From contig OY968764.1 of the NCBI GenBank assembly GCA_963695335.1, forward strand, positions 1,152,001-1,216,000: a stretch of 64,000 nucleotides of DNA, read 5' to 3'. Positions 57,335 through 64,000 of this stretch are shown here, in pieces. The position numbers and the translations under genes are program-made. Source of the DNA: an uncultured bacterium (GTDB lineage Bacteria > Babelota > Babeliae > Babelales > Vermiphilaceae). The notes beneath the pieces were generated by a model. That model saw only the letters and a list, made by a program, of their open reading frames with translations, ran no database searches and was not told the DNA's origin. The stretch's first letter is position 1. Every line of letters starts with the position of its first letter.

Positions 57335-58765
57335 ATGTCCAAAAATAGTATACATAAAAAGATTGCTCTCGCCTGCTTTATATCCCTCATAGCACCCATT
57401 CAAACAATCTATTCAGCACAACAATACGGAACTCCAACAGGAACTTCTACACCAACATATGGCGCTCCGGTTACAAATTCTTATCCAACACCTGCACCAA
57501 AAACTAACGGTGAATCAACAGTAGTATACATTCATCAAGCCGTTCAAACACTGAATGATGATGCTGATTGCAACCCAGTAAAATGGGACACTCCAGAAGA
57601 TGCATGCAGTTGTTGCTTAATGCGCAACAAAGGTAAACGAGGCAACAAAAAATCTGCTGATGCCATTATTGAACAATGCACCAAAACAAATAAACAGTGT
57701 ACGGCACAATCCATTACCAACATAAAAAAACAGTACGGTTTATCTGCAACAGCATCATCTCAAGATTTTTTTAATAAATTAGAAGACAACATTGTTATCA
57801 AAAATATGGAGGTGGACAAATCGCTTCTTGGTGCAAACGGCGCATTCACTGAAAACTCTCTACCAAAATTTTTGGCACAAGCGTACAATGAAAAAAAACT
57901 TAAAAATGCAGATTTCAGTAAAGAAGCATGCTTAAAAGCAAAAAATCTTGGAACACAAGGTGGCTACAACACATTGCAACTGTTTCTCATTACTTCAACA
58001 TGTCATGCGGGATCGGCATCTATGTATATTATTAAAGAGGCGCGTAATGGTATTGATGAAGCAACAAAACTCAAAAAAATAGCCGAATATCCTAAAATGA
58101 AAGAGTTGATTGCACCAAACGTTGTTCCAGGACTTCCATCCATTGCATTACCTCTTGCTTATTTTTCCTACCCAGATACCAAATCAGTTCATTATCTTGC
58201 CGCAATGCCTGCAGCAAAAGGTAAAGATCTTTCGGCATATATTATGCAATTCAGAGACAATCAATCAGCACAAAATAAAGAACTGTTGAGCCGCGCATTT
58301 ACCATAGTTGGCAAAGAAGCTGCAAATTTCTATAAACGATTTGGCAAAAAGGTAGTACACGGTGATTTCCACACCTTTAATATTTTTTTTGATCCGATCA
58401 GCGGACATTCTACATGGATTGATACTGAAACAATGGCAAATTCATTTGATAAACCAACTGGTCCTGCTAAAGATATCGTAAAACTCTTTTACATGCCATT
58501 CTGTATCAATGATACATTCCAACAATTTAGAGATTTGATTAAAGGAATTGATCTGAAAACATGGTTTGATATCTCAGTCAAAAATTTTGTTATTGGATAC
58601 AAAGATACCTACAAACCACAAGAACAAAAACAGATAATCCAAGAACTGAAAAAAATGTTTATGGATCCATTTACTATTACATGGGTAGATTTTGATCAAC
58701 AAAAATTGAGCGATCTACAAAAAAATTACATTAGCCCAATTTTTGATGAGTTAATGAAAAAATAA
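57335..58765 (+). CDS. Secreted protein with C-terminal protein-kinase-like domain
   Basis: Leader; GTQGGY, YIIKE, HGDFHTFNIFF, WIDTE. Confidence 0.65.
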   Translation: MSKNSIHKKIALACFISLIAPIQTIYSAQQYGTPTGTSTPTYGAPVTNSYPTPAPKTNGESTVVYIHQAVQTLNDDADCNPVKWDTPEDACSCCLMRNKGKRGNKKSADAIIEQCTKTNKQCTAQSITNIKKQYGLSATASSQDFFNKLEDNIVIKNMEVDKSLLGANGAFTENSLPKFLAQAYNEKKLKNADFSKEACLKAKNLGTQGGYNTLQLFLITSTCHAGSASMYIIKEARNGIDEATKLKKIAEYPKMKELIAPNVVPGLPSIALPLAYFSYPDTKSVHYLAAMPAAKGKDLSAYIMQFRDNQSAQNKELLSRAFTIVGKEAANFYKRFGKKVVHGDFHTFNIFFDPISGHSTWIDTETMANSFDKPTGPAKDIVKLFYMPFCINDTFQQFRDLIKGIDLKTWFDISVKNFVIGYKDTYKPQEQKQIIQELKKMFMDPFTITWVDFDQQKLSDLQKNYISPIFDELMKK

Positions 58766-58769
58766 AAAA

Positions 58770-59216
58770 TTAATGCGAATCTTGATGAGCCTCTCTCTCC
58801 ATGCGCTCAGTTAAACTTGCATTACTTGTGGAAGGACGATGCTCTATTTGTTCCGCCTGCATGGTTGATTGCGAATTGGTGATAAGTTCTTGATTCTCTA
58901 AATCTTGCGCGCGCGTTGTTAAAGGTGAATTATCTAAAGGAGTAGTTCTTTCCATTTTTTCTCCCGCTCCCGTTGCCACAGTATTATCAAGTTGATACAC
59001 ACGCTCTTCTCTCTCATCCCATTCAGTGGCTCGAGCATTATTCAACAGTTTCTCACGCTCGCGATACTCTGCCGGCAAAGTAATATCTGTATGTCTTTCA
59101 GAGTCACCACCAAAACGTTCTTCTTGTTGCATCTGTTCAGTTGATTTAGAACCCTCTAAAAAGGCTAACTGAAACACAACGCACCATATAATCAGTAACA
59201 CAATAATTCTCTTCAT
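58770..59216 (-). CDS. Hypothetical secreted acidic protein
   Basis: MKRIIVLLII leader, aaaagga RBS. Confidence 0.65.
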   Translation of the reverse strand: MKRIIVLLIIWCVVFQLAFLEGSKSTEQMQQEERFGGDSERHTDITLPAEYREREKLLNNARATEWDEREERVYQLDNTVATGAGEKMERTTPLDNSPLTTRAQDLENQELITNSQSTMQAEQIEHRPSTSNASLTERMEREAHQDSH

Positions 59217-59319
59217 ATATTCCTTTTTTTATAGCAATAGCGATGATGTTTTACCATCACCGCTATTGATTTATTTTTTATAACGCAACTTTAAAAACTC
59301 TATTCATCACAATAACTAT

Positions 59320-60408
59320 TTACTCTCGATCAACCAGGTTACCAGCAGGTCTTCCTTGTGGAGTTTTACTAGGAACGTATTCTGCATTAGCTTCCTGAGC
59401 TGATTCTTGTGATTTTTCCTGCGCAGCTTTAAGACTCTTCAAACTGTTAATCATCGTGTTAAGTCGAGCTCGTTCAGAAATAATTGTACGTAATAATGCT
59501 ACTACATTTTCATTAGTTATATTTGCTGCAACAAACGTTTTTAAATTTTCTTCGTTATTTTTAAGATAATTTTCAAGATAAATAATTTTGTCTTCAATCA
59601 ATGATTTATTCAGCCTTGCTACATCAAATTTAAAATATTTACGCATTTTACTATTCAACACATTAATCCGTTGTTGTGCATTAGAGTCAGATGTTTGTGA
59701 CAATGCTTGCGTCGCTGCTTTTATCGCCTTTTCCATTATATTTTGATCATTATGCTGAGCATCAAAAAATTCTATCCCCAAATTTAATGCATCTTGTTTA
59801 CTTGCTAGTGTTGGATATTTTTCTTTTGATGTTGGATATCTTTCAGCATCATTGAGTTTTGCCAATATCATATACTTATAATTTTCTACGTTAGCCGTTT
59901 CACCACTCCACCAGTCACCGAACCAACCTCTGAGACGATTACCTTCTTGTTTCTTCTTTTTTGCTACTTTTGCAGTTTTTCCAACAACTAACTGCTTTTT
60001 AAGAAGGATATTTTGCTCAATAATACTCAACATTGCCATTTGATCATCGGTAAGATCCATTTGCTTAATCTGATTAATACGATCTATTGAAGGTGATCCT
60101 AAAGTCAATTCTCTTACTATCGCACTCCATTCTTTTGAACTCACAGGTCCCGCCATTGGAGATGGCGCACCTGCTTGCACTTGTGCTATTTGTTCCTGAG
60201 CAGCTCTGTATTCTGCTTTCTGCTTATTAAGCATCTCTTGTCGCTGCTGAACAGTTAACCCTTGTTCTTGCACTCTTGAAGGTTGCACTTCCGCTCCTGC
60301 TGATGTCACTCGTGCGGGCTGAGCCTTTGCTCCACCTAACTGTTTTGCATCCATCACATTCATAACAAGCAATGCTGTCGAAAACATTATATTCTTAAAC
60401 ATCTTCAT
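59320..60408 (-). CDS. Hypothetical secreted protein
   Basis: Start MKMFKN after gggggag RBS; leader ending MDAKQLG like 44458..45210. Confidence 0.7.
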   Translation of the reverse strand: MKMFKNIMFSTALLVMNVMDAKQLGGAKAQPARVTSAGAEVQPSRVQEQGLTVQQRQEMLNKQKAEYRAAQEQIAQVQAGAPSPMAGPVSSKEWSAIVRELTLGSPSIDRINQIKQMDLTDDQMAMLSIIEQNILLKKQLVVGKTAKVAKKKKQEGNRLRGWFGDWWSGETANVENYKYMILAKLNDAERYPTSKEKYPTLASKQDALNLGIEFFDAQHNDQNIMEKAIKAATQALSQTSDSNAQQRINVLNSKMRKYFKFDVARLNKSLIEDKIIYLENYLKNNEENLKTFVAANITNENVVALLRTIISERARLNTMINSLKSLKAAQEKSQESAQEANAEYVPSKTPQGRPAGNLVDRE

Positions 60409-60559
60409 TACTACTCCCCCTATTTTTTTATATTTTCCCTTTTTCAAACCAAAGCATACATCATTTTACTTCAGTTTGAATATAGCAAAACAGAAAAATA
60501 GAAAGCAAGAATTTAAAAGAAAAAATTAAAGTAATCTTCACTTAAAATTCACTTTCCCT

Positions 60560-60763
60560 ACGCTCGTCCTGAGCCTGTTAACCCCATCTTCAGTTCCTTC
60601 CGACGGGGACCCCGATTCAACCCCATTTCCATTATATTCCAATGGGGACCCCACGAGGAACGACTTGTCCTCCGAAGCCTTGGCGAAGGAGGAAGTGGAG
60701 ATTGGGGACAAAGAATATCTTCGAGCGCTCGAGGATACCCTTCAACACGTTCAGGGCGAGCGC
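60560..60763. repeat. Multiply nested A/C/C/B repeat composite
   Basis: cgctcgtcctgagcctgt[ccccatc..ggggacccc..[..ggggacccc..tccgaagccttggcgaagga..]..]...ttcagggcgagcgc. Confidence 0.8.
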
Positions 60764-60793
60764 AAAAAAATACTACTTAGACCTATATGTAAA

Positions 60794-61069
60794 CTATACA
60801 GCATCGTCAGGATCAAGAGATTCAACTGATATAACACCAGGAACTTTTTCTTTAAGTTGAGTTTCGATACCCATTTTGAGGGTAATAAAAGAGATAGGGC
60901 AACTAACACATGCCCCGTGTAATCGAACAAAGACTGTACCGTTTTCAAACCGTACAAAATGAATATCCCCACCATCTTGTAAGATAGCGGGGCGTAAATC
61001 TGCAAGCACACGTTGAATATGCTCAATTTTTTCAGACAATAAAGCTTCAGAAGTTAATTCTTCAGCCAT
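60794..61069 (-). CDS. NifU/NfuA C-terminal domain protein
   Basis: LRPAILQDGGDI, LHGACVSCP. Confidence 0.92.
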   Translation of the reverse strand: MAEELTSEALLSEKIEHIQRVLADLRPAILQDGGDIHFVRFENGTVFVRLHGACVSCPISFITLKMGIETQLKEKVPGVISVESLDPDDAV

Positions 61070-61073
61070 ATTA

Positions 61074-61435
61074 CTACTTCACCCATTCAAGACGAGCAAC
61101 AGTAGCTGTATCACTCATGCGTTTTCCCATAGGAATAACACGAGTGTATCCGCCTGGGCGAGAAACGTATTGCGGAGCAATTTCTTTAAATAATTTAATA
61201 ACTGCATCTGTGTCATATGGCAACAATGCATTGCACACGACGACGTGCATTAAAGTCATTACCCACACGTGCAATAGTTACCACATGTTCAACAAGACGT
61301 TGTGTTTCTTTAACGCGCGCTTTAGTAGAAACCAAGATGTCCGTACTTAATCAAATGAATTGCTTGATTACGTAACATCGCTCTTCTATGAGGCGCTTTA
61401 AGATTTAATTTTTTTCGACCATTTTGATGTATCAT
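61074..61435 (-). CDS. rplQ: 50S ribosomal protein L17 (frameshifted in this sequence)
   Basis: MIHQNGRKKLN...HRRAMLRNQA and RPGGYTRV..R.SD.A in different frames. Confidence 0.88.
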
Positions 61436-62478
61436 TTGATCTGCACCTAAGATCTTCTTAACATTTTCTTCATTGATATTCATACCAAAAGAAAGTCCAA
61501 ATGCTTTCATGCTTTCTTTAACTTCATTCAATGATTTACGACCAAAATTTTTAATCTTCAATGCATCATCTTCAGATACATTAACTAAATCAATAACACG
61601 TTTAATCCCAGCATTGATTAAACAATTATGAGCACGAACAGAAAGTTCAAGTTCTTCAATTGGCTTAAGCAACAAATCAACAGGAACACCTTTAAGACTT
61701 GCATCGCTTGTTTTTAATGGTACTTTTTCTACCTTTTCTTCAGGAAGAGAAGATATTTCATTAAATGGTATTTCAGTGCTTTCAAGGAAATGTTCTAATT
61801 GCGTACGAAGAACTGAAACAGCATAATGCAATGCATCAATAGGATTTTCAGAACCATTTGTATAGATATGCAAAATAAGTTTATCATAATCGATCGCTTC
61901 ACCTACACGTGTTTTTTCAACATCAAACATAACTTTACGTATTGGAGAGAACATTGCATCCAAATAAATACGAGAATCATCTTGATATGCTTTATCTGCC
62001 GGCCACTGAGCTTGTTGATAACCACGCCCAGATTCAACAAAAAATTCAACATCAAGTTCACCATCAAATGCTACATGTGCAAAAACATAATCTTTATTGA
62101 TTAGTTCTAAATGATCATCTGCAACAATATCAGCTACAGACACATCTGCTTCACCTTTTTTGGTACACGCATTTTTCCGGGTTTACCTTCTTTATTACGG
62201 ATAACAATATTTTTGATATTAAGAACAAGCTGCATAGCATCTTCAACAACACCAGGTATTGCTGAAAATTCATTATTAACACCTTTAATAATTATTGATG
62301 TTATTGCAGACCCTTCAACACCACTCAGCAAAATTCGTCGTAACGAATTTCCAATCGTTATTCCAAAACCTGGTTCAAGCGGTTGAACTACTAATTCGCC
62401 GCAACTCTCACTTAACGTCTTTTTTTCCCATTTCAACTGTGGAATGATAAGTGGTTTATATTCCCTATTCTTAGTCAT
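61436..62478 (-). CDS. rpoA: RNA polymerase alpha subunit (frameshifted in this sequence)
   Basis: [40 protein letters not shown]. Confidence 0.95.
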
Positions 62479-62514
62479 TCAACCTCCTGCTTGCCTGGAC
62501 TAATCAACTATCTA

Positions 62515-63068
62515 TTACTTCGAATACAACTCAACAATCAAATACTCTTCGATTGGCACTTGAATATCAGCACGAACTGGAAGACGAAGAACTCGACCAA
62601 CTCTATCCTTCTTGTCTAATTCCAACCAATCAGGAACTTTAATGCCAATCTTCATTCTTTTTTCAACAACGTCTCTTAAAAATGTTTCCATTTTTGCTAC
62701 ACGTTCAGAAAGAGAAACAACATCTTCTGTTGAAACTAACAAAGAAGGAGAATAAACTTTTTACCGTTCACCAAAACATGTCCATGAGTAATAATTTGAC
62801 GCGCTTGTGTACGTGTTGTAGCCATTTTTAATATGATACACAACGTTATCTAAACTACGCTCAAGCAAGACTCAGTAAATTTTCACCAGGTACCACCATC
62901 ACGTTGCTTACTTGCTACGGCAAAGAAACGTTTAAATTGACGTTCACGCAATCCGTACATTTCTTTAACTTTTTGTTTTTCTTGAAGTTGCTTTCCATAT
63001 TCAGAAAGCTTTCTTCTAGGAGCTTTTTGTTGCTGTTTTTCGTTCGATTCTTCTCTGACAACTGCCAT
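62515..63068 (-). CDS. rpsD: 30S ribosomal protein S4 (frameshifted in this sequence)
   Basis: [38 protein letters not shown]. Confidence 0.93.
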
Positions 63069-63100
63069 GGTTAATTATCCCACTAAAAAATTATTAACTT

Positions 63101-63484
63101 TTATACACGTCGTTTTTTAGGAGCTCGGCAACCGTTATGTGGCAATGGTGTAACATCGCGCAACACAGAAACATTCATACCCGCAGATTGGAAAGCACGA
63201 ACAACCGAATCTCTTCCAGATCCTGGTCCTTGCATATTTACTTCCAAATTTTTAACTCCAACAAGCTGCATTTCTTTTGCCAAAGTAGATGCAATTTGTG
63301 ATGCCGCAAAAGGAGTACTCTTACGAGACCCTTTAAACCCTAAACGACCCGCGCTTGAACAAAATAGTACATCGCCTTCCATCGTTGTAATTGAAACAAT
63401 GGTATTGTTAAATGTTGATTTAACATGTGCAATGGCTGATTCCACTTTTTGTTTTTGTTTTTTTGGTTTTTTCTTGTAAGCCAT
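63101..63484 (-). CDS. rpsK: 30S ribosomal protein S11
   Basis: [30 protein letters not shown]. Confidence 0.98.
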   Translation of the reverse strand: MAYKKKPKKQKQKVESAIAHVKSTFNNTIVSITTMEGDVLFCSSAGRLGFKGSRKSTPFAASQIASTLAKEMQLVGVKNLEVNMQGPGSGRDSVVRAFQSAGMNVSVLRDVTPLPHNGCRAPKKRRV

Positions 63485-63509
63485 GTAATCAAAACCCTTA
63501 CTGCATTAT

Positions 63510-63894
63510 TTATTTCTTAGTTACTTTACGTTTCAAGGCTACTGGGTTTTTCTTTGGTCCCTTACGTGTGCGCGCATTTGTTTTTGTACGTTGACCTCGA
63601 ACAGGTAACCCACGCTTATGTCGTAATCCACTGATAAGAACCAATTTCTTGCAAACGCTTAATATTCAACGTAATTTCTTTACGTAACTCACCTTCAACT
63701 TTATAGTTGTCAGTAATTTCTTTTTGGATTGCTGCAATTTCAGCATCGCTCAAATCTTTTACTCGCGTATCAAAATTGATGTTAAGCTTAGTCAAAATAT
63801 CTTGCGATTTTGCAAGACCAATTCCAAAAATATACGGCAAACTATATTCTACTCGTTTATTTGCTGGTAAATTAACACCTTCAATTCTTGCCAT
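63510..63894 (-). CDS. rpsM: 30S ribosomal protein S13 (frameshift near 63630)
   Basis: [10 protein letters not shown]...[22 protein letters not shown] in another frame. Confidence 0.95.
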
Positions 63895-63910
63895 AATCTA
63901 CGTTTCCTCA

Positions 63911-64000
63911 TTAACCTTGTCGTTGTTTATGCTTAGGGCTCTTGTTGCAAATTACGCGAACAACGCCTTTACGCTTAATAATACGACATTCGTTACAAAT
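63911..64000 (-). CDS. rpmJ: 50S ribosomal protein L36, 3' part
   Basis: Manual translation ICNECRIIKRKGVVRVICNKSPKHKQRQG*. Confidence 0.95.
   Translation of the reverse strand: MCNECRIIKRKGVVRVICNKSPKHKQRQG

Noticed and set aside
1078..60763. CRISPR array
   Set aside because: Repeats are dispersed, inverted or nested rather than regularly spaced direct repeats, and no cas genes are present.
61074..63894. Frameshifts in rplQ, rpoA, rpsD, rpsM and an apparent RpoA-L17 fusion
   Set aside because: Clustered single-base indels in essential genes are best explained by low-coverage or long-read assembly errors, not pseudogenisation, recoding or fusion.

Overview
AT-rich bacterial chromosomal window. 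Gene content (many leader-peptide hypothetical proteins with F-box-, ankyrin-, Sel1-, WD40- and macro-like motifs, a full-length ATP-dependent DNA ligase) suggests a host-associated bacterium, possibly Dependentiae/Babelota (TM6); this is an inference. It holds housekeeping genes (mreC, hemW, secD, pgsA, plsY, serS, HU, tatD, gap, nfo, PGM/PMM, sbcC, and rpmJ-rpsM-rpsK-rpsD-rpoA-rplQ, several with probable sequencing frameshifts), 6 tRNAs, 3 IS elements (IS200/605 tnpA, IS4, IS110) and an MNT-HEPN toxin-antitoxin pair. Three families of short palindromic REP-like repeats are dense here: they nest inside each other, sit in-frame inside proteins and fuse to tRNA CCA ends. Highlights: (1) an IS110 inserted into one REP family, whose upstream non-coding region reads as a complete bridge RNA (target and donor guides, CT core, circle-junction promoter); (2) a tandem mosaic array of five secreted macro-domain-like proteins, four with C-terminal F-box-like tails; (3) an F-box/ankyrin-like protein ending in a CaaX box; (4) a ~540-bp nested foldback element hit by IS4; (5) an orphan toxin-immunity-like pair.
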